Assembly (NCBI RefSeq): GCF_030028105.1
Contig: NC_092379.1
Location: forward strand, 1,847,164 to 1,911,163
Length of the DNA: 64,000 nucleotides
DNA from: Mobula birostris
Lineage: Eukaryota
Reading direction: 5' to 3'
Positions 13,119 through 26,279 of this stretch are shown one piece after another (within the stretch, counting starts at the first letter, position 1; every line of letters starts with the position of its first letter). Both the position numbers and the translations under genes were made by a program. Under the pieces are notes generated by a model. It searched no databases. It saw only the letters and a list, made by a program, of their open reading frames with translations, and had not been told where the DNA came from.

Positions 13119-13322
13119 CGTTTTGATGTTAATGCAAATGACGTGCCTGTATCGATGCAGTGTCTGTATTTCACAGGCGCGCTGGTCTCATTGATGACCG
13201 TGGGTTGTTCTGAGGGCAGAGGAGGATCACAGAAAGAGGAATTCCACCTGTTGGAAGTGTACAGCAAGTAACCTTCAGGGAATTTCAGAGTTTGATGTTG
13301 TTACTTTGCTTTCAAACTGCAG

Positions 13323-13407
13323 GCAGACAACGACCTTCCTGTTCATCTGAAGGGCGGTACTGTGGATTTTGTGATGTATCGTTTCACCATGGCCCTCACG
13401 ATTGGAG
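13323..13407 (+). CDS. COX7A1: COX7A coding exon 3 (ADNDLPVHLKGGTVDFVMYRFTMALTIG)
   Basis: ttcaaactgcag acceptor and GAG|gtagga donor; 85 nt, the conserved COX7A exon size; hallmark PVHLKGG..D...YR.TM motif. Confidence 0.96.
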
Positions 13408-13607
13408 GTAGGACTAGTGAGCAGGCCCACCTCGCTCCCGCCTCTCCAACAGGGTCCCTGAATACTGACGCAGGAATTCAGCTCTTGAACCTGCTCTACC
13501 ATTTACCCAGTCCATCACTGGTAAAGCCCTCCCCATCATTGAATATTGATGCAGGAAAGCAGCATCCATCATCAGGGATCCCTGCCAACCAGGACGTGGT
13601 CTCTTCT

Positions 13608-15519
13608 GAGATGAGAAATTCTGCAGATGCTGGAAACCCTAGCAACACGCACAAAACGCTAGAGGAACTCAGCAGGCCTGTAGGATCAAGGGAAAAGAGT
13701 AAACATTTGACATTTCCAGTCGAAGCGCTTCACCAGGACTGGAAAAAAGATGAGAATTTAGAGCAAGAAGGTGGGGGAAAAAGTACAAGGTGGTAGGTGA
13801 TGGGTGGAATCGGGAGGGGAGAGGGGGGAGGTAAAGAGCTGGGAAGTTGATAGATGTGAAACAGCTTCAATAACTCCAAAAGACTGAAGTTGGGTAAGTA
13901 CTGAAAGGCTTTTGTTTGCTGTACAATACCACCTCCATGGTGAGTGTCTGCCCTCGGACTGAGGAGGAGGGGCAAGGCAAAATCACCTTTATTCAGGGTT
14001 CTGTGGGAGGAGCCACAGGGGCAGTCAGCAGAGGGGCGTCCAGACAGTTAACCCAGTTACAACATATATATGGTTTACCACAAGATGAAAGAGATAAAGG
14101 GCTGGAGAAGGGAGAATCTGATAGGAGAGGGTAGAAGACCATGGAAGAAAGGGAAGAGGGAGGAGCACAAGGGGGAGGTGATGGGCAGGTGAAGAGAAAA
14201 GGTGAGGGAGGGAAATGGGAATGGAGGAATAGTGAAGGGGGCAGCAATTACTGGAGGTTTGAGAAACCGATATTCATGCCATCAAGTTAGAGGCTACCCA
14301 AATGGAATATAAGGTGTTGCTTCTCCAACCTGAATGTAGTTGCATCATTAGGAGTAGTGGAGGCCATGGACTGACATATCAGAATGGGAATGGAAAGTAG
14401 ATATTGAAATGGGTGGCCTCTGGGAGATCCTGCTTTTTCTGGTGAGTGAAGTGGTCTCCCAATCTACACCAAATCCAGAGCTATATGCTGGATGCAGAGG
14501 CTCTTCCACTGTCAACACTACCTTCATCAGTACCTCTTCCTTTTCATGCATGTCTGCCCTCACCCCATCCACCTGCCACCACACCAGGGATAAAGTACCT
14601 CTTGTACTCTCCTATTATCCCACTAGCCTCTGCAGCCAGCACACAATTCTCCATAACTTCCATCATCTTCAAAAGGATCTCACCACCAAGCACATCTTTG
14701 CCTTCCCCTCAGTTTCTGCTTTCGGCAGGGATCCTTGTCCATTCATCGCTCCCCACTGATCTCCCTCCTGGTACTTATCCTTGCAAGTGGAACAAGTGCC
14801 AATGCTTGCCGCTACACCTCCTCCCTCACTACCAATCAGGGCTCCAAACAGTCCTTCCAGGTGAGGTGACACTTCACCTGTAAATCTGTTGGGGTCACCT
14901 ATTGTATCCAGTGCTCCTGTGTGGCCTCCTGTATATCAGTGAGACCTGACTTAGACCGGGAGACCACTACGCTGGGCACCAGAAAAATCAGGATCTCCTG
15001 GTGGCCACCAATTTCGATTCTTCTTCCCGTTCCTATTCCGATATGTCATTCCATGGCCTCCTCTACTGTCATGATGAGGCCACACTCAGGTTGGAGAAGC
15101 AACATCTTATATTCCATCTGGGTGGCCTCCAACCTGATGGCATGAACATCGATTTCTTGAACTTCCAGTAATTGCCCCCCATCTTCACCATTTCCCCATT
15201 CCCGTTTCCCTCTCTCACCTTATCTCCTTACCCAACGCCACCTCCTTCCCCTTCTCTTACTTCCACGGTCTTCTATCCAGGCCTTTATCTCTTTCATCAA
15301 TCAACTTCCCAGCAAGTTACCTCACCCCTCCCCCTCGCTTGGTTTCACCTATCACCTACCACCCTGTACTTCTTCCAACCCTCCCCTCACCTTCTTACTC
15401 TGACCTCTCCTCTCCTTTTCCAATCCCGATGAAGGGTCTCGGCCCTAAATGCCAACTGTTTACTAATTTCCATAGATGCTGCCTAGCCTGCTGAGTTCCC
15501 CCAGCATCTTGTGTGTGTC
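13608..15519. mobile_element. Penelope-like element insertion with inverted halves, including GIY-YIG endonuclease remnants
   Basis: Minus half about 13608-14460, plus half about 14480-15519 (PPGTYPC..KC; HFTC.S.GV.YCI.CS; CGLLYI.ET). Probable TSD acgtggtctcttct (13594-13607) / acatgctctcttct (15520-15533). It splits a Rex-type 3' end. Confidence 0.8.
13857..14082 (-). mobile_element. Solo LTR (226 bp)
   Basis: TG...CA termini, perfect 5-bp TSD AGATG (13852-13856 and 14083-14087), AATAAA on the minus strand. Confidence 0.85.
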
Positions 15520-17972
15520 ACATGCTCTCTTCTTGCTGCTGTCATCAGGAAGGATGTACAGGAGCCTCAGGACTCACACCACAACGTTCAGGAACAGTTA
15601 TTACCCCTCAACCATCAGGCTCTTGAACCAGTGCGGATAACTTCACTCACCCCAACACTGAACTGTCCTGACAACCAATGGATTTACTTTCAAGGACTCT
15701 TTATCTCATGTCCTTGATAATTATTGTGTATTTGTTTATTATTATTATTTCTATCTTTGTTTTCTTTTTGTATTTGCATAGTTTGTTGTCTTTTGCTCAT
15801 TGATTGTTTTTCTGCTGCGTTGGGTGTGGTCTTTCATTGATTCTATTGTGTTTCTTGTATTAACTGTGAATCCCTGCCAGAAAATGAATCTCAGGGTTGT
15901 ATATGGTGACATATTTGTATTTTGATAATAAAATTTACTTGGAACTTTGAATTAGATAATGGCTGTTCCAAGTTCATTAATGTACCCTGGTTCCATACCC
16001 CCTCAATACCTATGGTAACAATAATTTCTCTGGGTGTCACAGTGGCACGGCTGGTAGAGCCATTGACTCATGGCTCCAGACACACGGGTTCGATCCGGAA
16101 CTCAGCTGCTGTCTGGGTAGAATCCGTAGTTCTCCCGGTGAACGCACGAGCTCCTTTGGGGTGCTCCCATTTCCTCCCTCTCCTTAAAGTGTGCAGGTTG
16201 GCCATGGATTACCCCTTAGATTCATGCATCCATGGATGTGGACTGGGACTGTAGACTCTTTTTTTCAGACTTATAGTTTTCGTATTCTATGTTTTTTCAA
16301 CCGTACTCATTTTATTTTTGTGCGGGAAGGGGGATTTGGGAGGTCGCTGTGCCCGATCCATTTTGTTCTTTTTTTTGTGCGGGACGAGGGATTTGGGAGT
16401 TGATGATCACGCTGTCGGTCTTTTCTTCCTTGTTTTTGTGGCTACCTGGAGAACGGATCCATTTCAGAGTTGTATACTTTGACAATAAATTAACCTTTAA
16501 ACCCTTGAACTTTTGTTCGACTCTGGTGGGACTGGATGAGAATGAGTGGAGAATTAGCACGTAGGATGGATGTGGTTGATGTTTGCAGTGGACTTGGAGA
16601 GGGGAAGGTCCTGTTTCTATGCTGTATCTCTCTTAGGTAGTGGCTCTATCGGCTGGGCCACTGGGACACTCAGAGAATTTTTTGTTACCATAGGGTATTG
16701 AGAGGGGAACATTAATGGACTTGACACAGCTATAATCTAATTCAAAGTTCAAAGTAAATTTGCTGTCAAAGTAGGTACACGTCACCATGTACAGCTGCTG
16801 ATGTTTTGGTTTGAGACTCTTCAGGTGGACTGGATGAAAGGCCCAGGTGAAGGGTTTCAAACTCAAACATCAACCACTCCCGCTTTACTCTCCCCATGTT
16901 CCCTTCAGCTCTTCCTTGATTCTACCAAATATCTACACACGAGGCACAACTTGCAGCGGCCATTTGACCGTCATCATCATCAATTGACCTGCCAGCGTAC
17001 TCATCCTGGGGATGTGGGAGGAGACAGAGAACTCGAGGGAACCATAGAACGAACATTCTGTACACAGAGAACCCAATGTCAGGGTCAAAGCTGAGCAACC
17101 GGAGTTCTATCAGTTGAGCCAATCTAAATATAAATCTCCTTGGTCTTCTGCTGCCCTTCTCATTATTCACTGCCTTTTTCTTGTCCTCTGCAAGTTTGGA
17201 CATCATGTGCCACCCAGTCAAGTGGCAGCAGTCTGCTGAACACCCCTCTCCCATCCAAAAAGGACCTCTTACCACTCCCTTCTGTCTGCTTCTCCTCTTT
17301 CCATCAATGTGTAACTCCTCTGGAAAAGAAAGAAATTCCTCCTCATCCCTCTCTTGACCTTACACAAAGTGAGAGCCTCTTAGCTTCAGATTCTTGAGGA
17401 AATAAGCTCACAGCGTCTATTGGGCAGAAGATACAATCAACTGAAAGGTCAAACGCCAGGCTCAAGCACAGCTTCTACCCACTGATATCAGACTAAATAG
17501 TTCCCTAGTACAATAAATTGGTTTCTTGCCCTCACAATCTACCTCCTTCTGATCTTGTACCTTGTTGTTTACCTGCACCGCACTTTCCCTGTAGCTGTTA
17601 CACTTTATTCTGCATTGCTATTGTTTTCCCTTGTTCTACCTCAATACACAGTGTAGTGATCTGATCTGTATAAACAGCATCCAGGACTAGCTTTTCACTG
17701 TATAATAAACTGATTACAATTCTAATTCAAACTCCTGGGGATTTACATATTTCAATAAAATCTCCTTTAATTCTTCTGAAGTCTCAGAAACGCAGGTCCA
17801 TCCCGATGGCCACAGCACCACGCCTGAAACCAGTCTAATGATTGTGGCCCTGCTTGCAAATAATGATCGTTCTTTCCTTCTGTATGTAATGTGCTCTCCT
17901 GTCATTGTCCCAGCGGTCGATCAACACCTTTCCTGTGATTCCCTCCTCATCATCTTCTCCTTCTTTTCCCAG

Positions 17973-18031
17973 GAACCATATTCTCCCTGTATAATTTATT
18001 CCGTGCTGCATTACCCAGACCAAAGGCGTGA
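17973..18031 (+). CDS. COX7A1: COX7A last coding exon (GTIFSLYNLFRAALPRPKA*)
   Basis: Long pyrimidine tract with cccag acceptor; phase 1 completes Gly; 59 nt including TGA; completes the transmembrane helix. Total CDS 249 nt = 82 aa. Confidence 0.93.
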
Positions 18032-18158
18032 GGGAGCCAGTTTTGGGCATTGCACTGTGACTCTACTGAAAATGGAGAAAACCAACAGTGTGTGTGAAAA
18101 ATGATTGACTTTGAGAGGGACACCGTGCTGTCTCTTGTACTTTGTGTTTCCAGCTACT

Positions 18159-18164
18159 ATTAAA
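18159..18164 (+). terminator. Probable COX7A polyadenylation signal (ATTAAA)
   Basis: ATTAAA about 130 nt after the stop, followed by a GT/T-rich tract (ggtcttttgtgttt). Confidence 0.6.
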
Positions 18165-18551
18165 ATGTTTTCAGAAATAATGGGTTGAGGTCTTTTGTGT
18201 TTACTGGGTCATAGGTCACTACATCACAGAGGCAGGCCCTTTGACCCATCTAGTCCATGCTGGAATGCTATTCTACCTAGTCCTATTAACCTGCACCTGG
18301 GCCATAGCCCTACAAACCTCTCCCATCCACGTACCTATCCAAACTTCTCTTAAATGTTGCAACTGAATCTGCATCCACCACGTCCACTGGCTGCTCATTC
18401 CGCACGTCAACCACCTTCTGAGTGAAAAGTTCCCCCTTAAATATTTCACATTTCATCTTTAACCTGTCACCTCCAGTTCTAGGCCTCATAGGGTCAGTAC
18501 ATACCAGCTGGCATTGAGGTTAGATGAGCTGGTACTGCTGCACGTGTTTGT

Positions 18552-19700
18552 TTTCTGGTCCCTCACTGGACGTGGTTTAGGTTTGGAATGGACAATGCAC
18601 ACAGTTCTGGTCTCTCACTGGACAAGGCTGTGGGTTGGGATTGGACAATGCACACAGTTCTGGTCCCTCACTGGACGTGGTTTGGGTTGGGAATGGACAA
18701 TGCACACAGTTCTGGTCCCTCACTGTACGTGGTTTGGGTTGGGAATGGACAATGCACACAGTTCTGGTCTCTCACTGGACAAGGCTGTGGGTTGGGAATG
18801 GACAATGCACACAGTTCTGATCTCTCACTGGACAAGGTTTGGGTTGGGATTGGACAATGCACACAGTTCTGGTCCCTCACTGGATGTGGTTTGGGTTGGG
18901 AATAGACAATGCACACAGTTCTGGTCCCTCACTGGACGAGGTTTGGGTTGGGAATAGACAATGCACACAGTTCTGGTCCCTCACTGGACGAGGTTGGGGT
19001 TGGGAATGGACAATGCACACAGTTCTGGTCCCTCACTGGACAAGGTTTGGGTTGGGATTGGACAATGCACACAGTTCTGGTCCCTCACTGGATGTGGTTT
19101 GGGTTGGGAATGGACCATGCACACAGTTCTGGTCCCTCACTGGACGAGGTTGGGGTTGGGAATGGACAATGCACACAGTTCTGGTCCCTCACTGGACAAG
19201 GTTTGGGTTGGGATTGGACAATGCACACAGTTCTGGTCCCTCACTGGATGTGGTTTGGGGTGGGAATGGACAATGCACACAGTTCTGGTCCCTCACTGGA
19301 CGAGGTTGGGGTTGGGAATGGACAATGCACACAGTTCTGGACCCTCACTGGATGAGGTTGGGGTTGGGATTGGACAATGCACACAGTTCTGGTCCCTCAA
19401 TGGACAAGGCTGTGGGTTGGGATTGGACAATGCACACAGTTCTGGTCTCTCACTGGACAAGGCTGTGCGTTGGGATTGGACAATGCACACAGTTCTGGTC
19501 CCTCACTGGACATGGTTTGGGTTGGGAATGGACAATGCACAGGGTTCTGGTCCCTCACAGGACGTGGTTTGGGTTGGGAATGGACAATGCACACAGTTCT
19601 GGTCCCTCACTGGACAAGGCCGTGGGTTGGGATTGGACAATGCACACAGTTCTGGTCCCTCACTGGACAAGGCCGTGGGTTGGGATTGGACAATGCACAC
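18552..19700. repeat. 52/53-bp minisatellite, about 22 copies
   Basis: Unit ggacaatgcacacagttctggtccctcactggac(a/g)(a/t)ggtttgggttggga(a/t)t. Confidence 0.97.
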
Positions 19701-19769
19701 CAATCAGCTGCTTCCTTCTCTGAGGGATTTCCTGAGTGCTATTTTACTGGAACTTCACATCTTCTCTTT

Positions 19770-19975
19770 TGCCTCTCTTAGCCCATCCCTCAGGATCACA
19801 GATGTCTTGCTTCCATTCTGGTTTTGTGGATTTGGGGGCCAATGTGGGAATTGCAGACCTGTCTGCAAGTAGGGCACGGGCTGTCTGATGGGGAGGATAG
19901 GAAGCTTCACGAGTATGGTGAGACTCTTTATGCTCCCAGTGCGTGGCCTCATAACCAACCCCTACCTTCCACGTC
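19770..19975 (-). mobile_element. Old RTE-type LINE 3' end remnant
   Basis: Minus strand reads CPTC.RVCNSHIG (with one frameshift), like the RTE C-terminal zinc finger, followed by a short 3' UTR. Confidence 0.45.
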
Positions 19976-20523
19976 CCGTCACAGGATGGCCAACACCAGC
20001 CAATAAACTACTCCCAATACCTTTTGAATAATTCTTAAGTCGACGATCACAATAGGGTATTGGGAGCTTTTCAAACGTGTCCAAGTAAAAGGAACATATC
20101 GACTGTGTTGTGGCTTGCAAATGGCAAGCTTTGTGTCATCGCTGGTGGAGAACCCTTCTTCCCATAGTGAGGGATGCTGGGAACACCTTGCCAGGCATGG
20201 TGGGAGAGGCAGGTACAGGGACATTTAAGAGTCTTTTAGGCACTTGGATGATAGGAAAATGTAAGGTTATGTGGGAGGGAAGAGTTGGATTGATTTTAGA
20301 CAGGTTAAAAGGTTGTTGCAATATCGAGGGCTGAAAGGCCTGTACTGTGTTGTAAAGTTCGATGTTAACTGGCTCTGTTGCTGCTAGCACTGGCACTTCT
20401 GCCTGGATACCAAGCATCGGCCTACCTCAGGCTCCGGTCATGGCCTCTGAGCTCCAGAGTCAGGCTGATTGGTCACGGGGAGCTGCCTGTGGAAAGCAAA
20501 TTAACCTGGAGATGTGTACTGAT

Positions 20524-20829
20524 NNNNNNNNNNNNNNNNNNNNNNNNNNNNNNNNNNNNNNNNNNNNNNNNNNNNNNNNNNNNNNNNNNNNNNNNNNNNN
20601 NNNNNNNNNNNNNNNNNNNNNNNNNNNNNNNNNNNNNNNNNNNNNNNNNNNNNNNNNNNNNNNNNNNNNNNNNNNNNNNNNNNNNNNNNNNNNNNNNNNN
20701 NNNNNNNNNNNNNNNNNNNNNNNNNNNNNNNNNNNNNNNNNNNNNNNNNNNNNNNNNNNNNNNNNNNNNNNNNNNNNNNNNNNNNNNNNNNNNNNNNNNN
20801 NNNNNNNNNNNNNNNNNNNNNNNNNNNNN
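20524..20829. other. Assembly gap (N run)
   Basis: Run of N. Confidence 1.
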
Positions 20830-22932
20830 CACTCACACACAGACACAGCCACTCTCACACACACATACGCGACAGCTAAACATGACGAGGCGCTATGACA
20901 GTGCAGTGGTTAGCGTGATGCTATTACAGCTTGCGGAGTCAGAGTTCAGATTTCAATTCCAGCATCCTCTGGAGGGAGTTTATACATCCTTCCCATGTGC
21001 ATGTGGGTTTCCTCCGGGTGCTCCAGTTTCCTCCCACAGTCCAAAGACATACTGGTTAGCAGGTTAATTGGCCATTGTAAAGTGTCCCTTGACAAGGCTT
21101 GGGTTAAATCGGAAGGTTGCTGGGCTGTATGGCTTGAAGGGCAGGAAAGGCTGTCCTCAATAAATAAATAAATGAGGGAAGAATGGTCACACAAAAACAA
21201 GATACACAGACACCCATGGAGAGATCTGTGTAATATTGAAAGAGAGAGTGAGAGAGAGGTGTCCCAACACCAATGATGAAGTCAGTGACCTGCCGACAAA
21301 TCTATAGAGAGTGCGAGACCTTCAGACGTGCAAGCAAAGACTTCAGGCTACTACGGAGTTAATAGATGTCGAGGGGGAAATACAGCAATAATTTTCAGAG
21401 AGGTTGTGGTTGCTGAAGAACAATTGTGCCAGCATTAGGTTCTCGCTGGAGATCCTCCAGTGCATTCCAGGCCCAGCTATCTTCAGCTGTTTTATTGATG
21501 ACCGTTTGTTCTTCAGAAGGTCGGAACTGAAGATGTCCATTGATGGTTGCACGATGCTCAATTCAATTCAAAGCGGGACAATGCTATGATTTAATTGGTA
21601 CCACATCCATCTTCCTGAACATTCACTCCCTCCACTACTGGCCTAGTGTCTGTAGCGCGAACCACCAACAAAATACCCTGCAGTTATCAGCCCTCGCTAT
21701 TCCAATAACACCATCCAAATTCTGTAAGCTCCGCGTCCAAGGACAAGAGCAGCTGGTGCACGAGATCTCCACCACCAACAACACGTTCCCCCACATCCTG
21801 ACCTGGACCTGGCCTATATCACTGCTCCTTCACTGGTGCTGAGCAAAGGCCCTGTGGAGATTCTCACTGGAGAGAGTGCGGTCGGTCTCGCTGGCATCTC
21901 CCTCTCCAACCATCTTCACAGGGGCATTGCGGGATGTTGGACTCCTCAGCGAAGGTTGGAGAGGGAGAAGGAAACCTACACAGAGTGTGTGAGAGAGAGA
22001 GAGAGTGACAGGCGTACAAAAAGCAAGTGCAAGACAGTCTCAGAGGGCGAGACAAGAGAGGGACATATTCAGAGAAAGAAAGGGGCAGGGAGAGACATAC
22101 ATACACACGGAAAAAGGCACAGAATGAGTGAGTGATTTGGGAGAGCTCAGAGAAATAGAGGGCTATGGGCTAGGGAAATCCTAGGCAGCTTCTTGAGCAG
22201 GTTACATGGTCAACACAACACTGTGGGCCGAAGGGCCTGTAATATGCCGTAGAAGTCTATGTTCACATGAGAGTCAGAGTCAGAGTCAGAAACAGGTTTA
22301 ATAGCACCAGCATATGTTGTGAAATTTGTTGTTTTGTGGCAGTAGTACATTGCAATACATGATATTAAAAACTGTAAATTACAGTGAGTATATATTGTGT
22401 CTACAGTAAATTACGTGACAGTGCAAAAAAGAGGGAAAAGTACTGAGGTAGTGTTCATGGGTTCAATGTCCATTCAGAAATTGGAAGGGAGAAGGGAAGA
22501 AGCTGTTCCTGAATCATTGAGTGTGTGCCTTCAGGCTCCTGGTGGTAGCAATGAGAAGAGGGAATGTCCTGGATGGTGAGGGTCCTTAATGATGGATGGC
22601 ACCCTTTCAAGGCATCACCTTTTGAATGTGTCCTCGATGCAGGGGAGGTTAGCACCCTTTTGGAACTGACTGTGTTTACAACTCTGTCGTCTGAGTAGCA
22701 TATACAGCATCGGGACAAAGAGGGAGTTTGTGAAGTTGTGGGAGAGAAGGAGTATGGAGAGGGAACAAGAGTGTGTGATAGGAAGATATTGCATACGACA
22801 GATAGAGAGAGAGTATATGGCAGAGAGGGAGTAAATGGCATCAGGTGGGAGAGGCTGCTAGACAGAGCAAAGAAAATGGCGAGAGTTGAAAGATAGGTGG
22901 GCAAGGACAGAGGGTGAGATGTTAATGCACAG

Positions 22933-23545
22933 AATGGCTGGGTGATATCGATATTTGTAAGGAGGATGCTGTGCACAATTTGGATTTGATGGAGACAGCC
23001 GTGAGAAGCACAAAGGAACATCTGGAGAAACGTCTGAAATGCCTGCTTGGCTGCCGCTGCTACTGTGTGATCCGGAATCTCCAGAGGAGAAGGCCCCAAA
23101 TTCTTAGCTTTGCCTGTTGCTGGCAGCCGGAGGTGGGGTTGAGTCGCTCAGCAGAGATGGTGCTCGGTGTCGGAGGTCTGGTCGGAGGCTCGAAGTTTTC
23201 GGACGGACTCAGAGTCGGACTGTGGTTGGGTGCTTCCAGGATGCTGCATCAGCAAGTTTGCGGCGCTGGAAGCTCATGGCAGGAAGAGTTTTTCTTCATC
23301 TGTGTGAGATGATGGGACTTTTGAGAGACTTTGAGACTTTTTTTTACAGTGCCCATGGTCTGTTCTTTGTCAAATTACGGTATTGCTTTGCACTGTTATA
23401 ATTACGTGGTTTTTGTCAGTTTTTTGGTCTTGGTCTGTCCTGTGTTTCTGTGATATCACACTGGAGAAACATTGTATCATTTCTTAATGCATGCATTTCT
23501 AAATGACAATAAAAGAGGACTGCGTGTCCTCATAATCTAATCTAA
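22933..23545 (+). mobile_element. Non-autonomous LINE-derived retroelement
   Basis: CpG-rich body, AATAAA and (taatc)n tail typical of Rex-related 3' ends. Confidence 0.55.
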
Positions 23546-23861
23546 AGATACAGAGATGCTGGTAGACAGGAGCCCACACTGTTCTGACTGGAGACGGAGA
23601 AATGGGAATAATACTGAATAACAGTGAACAAGGACAAAGAGGACTGGAGCAGGCAGGGATCTCACTCAGTGAAAGGCCTGATACGTTTAACAGTGAAAGC
23701 GGATTCTAAATTGGATCTGTGGTTACAATGGGTCAAGGACGAGAGCAAGCTGCCGACAGCCGTGGTGAGGAACAAGGGAGAGCTGAGGGGCAGGGAATCA
23801 GCACTGTTACTGCCGAGTAGCTGCTGATTACCACAGAGCAATCACTGTTTACACCTTCCAC

Positions 23862-24001
23862 NNNNNNNNNNNNNNNNNNNNNNNNNNNNNNNNNNNNNNN
23901 NNNNNNNNNNNNNNNNNNNNNNNNNNNNNNNNNNNNNNNNNNNNNNNNNNNNNNNNNNNNNNNNNNNNNNNNNNNNNNNNNNNNNNNNNNNNNNNNNNNN
24001 N
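23862..24001. other. Assembly gap (N run) next to a (CA)n microsatellite
   Basis: Run of N; CA-rich tract at 24002-24175. Confidence 1.
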
Positions 24002-24085
24002 CCCACAACGCAAACACACAGTCACACACAGAAGACACTTACACACATACCCACTCACACACAATACCCACAACACAGACACACA

Positions 24086-24123
<38 letters not shown>

Positions 24124-26279
24124 ATACCCACAATACAAACGCACGCACATAGAACACAAACCCTCTCACACACACGAAGAGGAATAAACCATCAGCATTT
24201 TGGACTAAGACCCTTCATCAGGACTGGAAAGGAAGGGGGCAGATGCCAGAGTATAAAGTCGGGGAGGAGGAGGAGGAGGACGAGCTAGGAGCTGATAGGT
24301 GAAACAAGGCGGGTGGGGTAGGGGCTGGGGTTTGAAGTGAGAAACTGGGAGATGGTAAGTGGAAAAGGTATAAAGATGAAGATGAAGAATCTGATGGGAG
24401 AGGAGAGTGGACCATGGGAGAAAGGGAAGGTGGAGGGGCACCAGGGAGAGGAGATGGGCATTTGAGGAGAGGAGGAGAGGTACGAGAGGATACGTTACAG
24501 AGAAAATGGATTGCAGATGGACGAAAGAGGTGCAAGGGCCACAATGAGGTACTGCAGAATGGGAGACCTTGATCCTGTAAGGGTACTCGAGGACCTGAGT
24601 TACAGGGAAAGGCTGAATAGGTTAGGACTTTACTCTCTAAGACATAGAAGATTGAGGGGAGATTTGATAGAGGTGCACAAAATTTGGTGGTGGGGTGAAA
24701 ATACATCTCTACCAAGGGAGGAGTGAGGTACTCCTTCTGTTCACTAACCCGCGGGTCACCCTTGGGCAAAGTGTAGTAGCTGCAAAACTGCTCACGATAC
24801 TTACCAATGCTTTATAAAGCCTCAGCAAAGCATCCCTCTTTTTATATTCTAGTCGTCCTTTTGAAACGACAACTAACATTCTCTTCAACGTTTTCCCTGA
24901 ATGCTCCAATTTCCTCCCACCTCTCAGAGGTGTGGGCCGCTGGGCTAATTTTCCGGAGTGTGTCGGCCGGTGGCAGAAACGAAGGGGAGATGACAGGGAG
25001 AACGAAGTGGGGTCGGTATAAATGGAGTAACAGGAGGTTCTGCCGAGGCTGGAAACACCCTCAAAATGACGGAGGAACCCAACAAGTCAGGCAGTGTCTC
25101 CAGAGGGCAACAAATCGTCTGCATTTTGAGCTGAGGCTGTCCAGCAGGAGTGTAAACTAATGAGTGGCTGAAGGGTCTACTGTACTGTATGACTCTACAG
25201 TAAACAGAACAGATAATAATTTCAATACTTACACGTGTACTGGTCCTGGCAGGTATCTCAATGTCCATCTCTGTGTCTGAATAACCATCCCTTCACTGCA
25301 GATGAATTGTCACGGTTTCTGTGTACATTGACAGGAAACTGACAAAGCCAACCTCTCTCCGGTGAATCTAATTAATTCAAGGTCACAGGAGAATGAGATT
25401 CCCATTTTCCTCTGTCAGCCCAGCTCTCTGAAACTGCTGTTGCTTCTGAAATCTGTTAATTCTGTTTTGTTGCAGCTTCATTAGCCCCTAGTTGTGCAAA
25501 AGGGCGGAACTGGGATTCTGCAGGTGCTGGAAATACAGAGCAACACACACAAAATGCTGGAGGAACTCAGCAGGTCAGGCAGCATCCATGGAAATGAGTA
25601 ACTAGTCTACATTTCAAGCCGAGACCTTTCTTCTGGAACTGTAATCTCTCCTGATTCTAACAGTATCTGGGCTTCATGCATCTCTCAAACACCAAGACCA
25701 ATGTGGTCAGATGTCAGATATTTTGCAGAGACGTGGATGCATGGGCAGCAACTGCATCTCTGCCATCATTTAAATCTACCTTGCAAGTTGCAGAAGCCAA
25801 TTCTTTGTTGCCAAAGGAGTCACTGGCTGGGGTGCACATACATCTGAAACCAACAGTAAGAAAACAGGACTCCTACTAAAGCAGACGGGAGGGAGTACAG
25901 ACTGTAACGTTGCAAAGATGGGAGAATTCCCAAATAGAAGGTGAATCCAAATAACCTCCTGCCCAGACAAATCCAAGGAGACCTTGGAGTGAGCAGGACG
26001 CTGGATTGGAACAGGTGAAGCATTACATTATGCTTGTGTTCCTAGTCTTTAGGGCAGGAGGAGGTAAAGCATCTCCGATGGCTGCATGAGCCTCTGCCCT
26101 GCTGTGCTTTTGTATGTTCTTCTGCCGGGACGGCACATTGACGCAGCTGGTAGAGCAGCATCTTCACAGCTCTGGTGATCCTGGTTTGATCCCGACCTCT
26201 GGTGCTATCCGTGTGGGGTTTGCACGTTCTTCCTGTGACTGCTCGTGTTTCCTCTGAGTTATTCCGGTTTCTCTGTGCG

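Noticed and set aside
17835-18066. Minus-strand ORF and apparent terminal exon
   Set aside because: It is the antisense of the COX7A last exon and its pyrimidine tract.
18514-19872. Long ORFs (up to 303 aa) and a CRISPR-like periodic look
   Set aside because: Products of a nearly stop-free 52-bp tandem unit cycling through frames; no unique spacers, no cas genes, eukaryotic context.
20362-21067. ORFs containing X runs (also near 23.8 kb and 39.9 kb) and a signal-peptide-like LALLLLALALLPG
   Set aside because: The ORFs are artefacts of N gaps; the hydrophobic stretch is preceded by a stop and has no ATG or acceptor.
26130-26210. tRNA-like A and B boxes
   Set aside because: SINE heads followed by the V-domain; no full cloverleaf.
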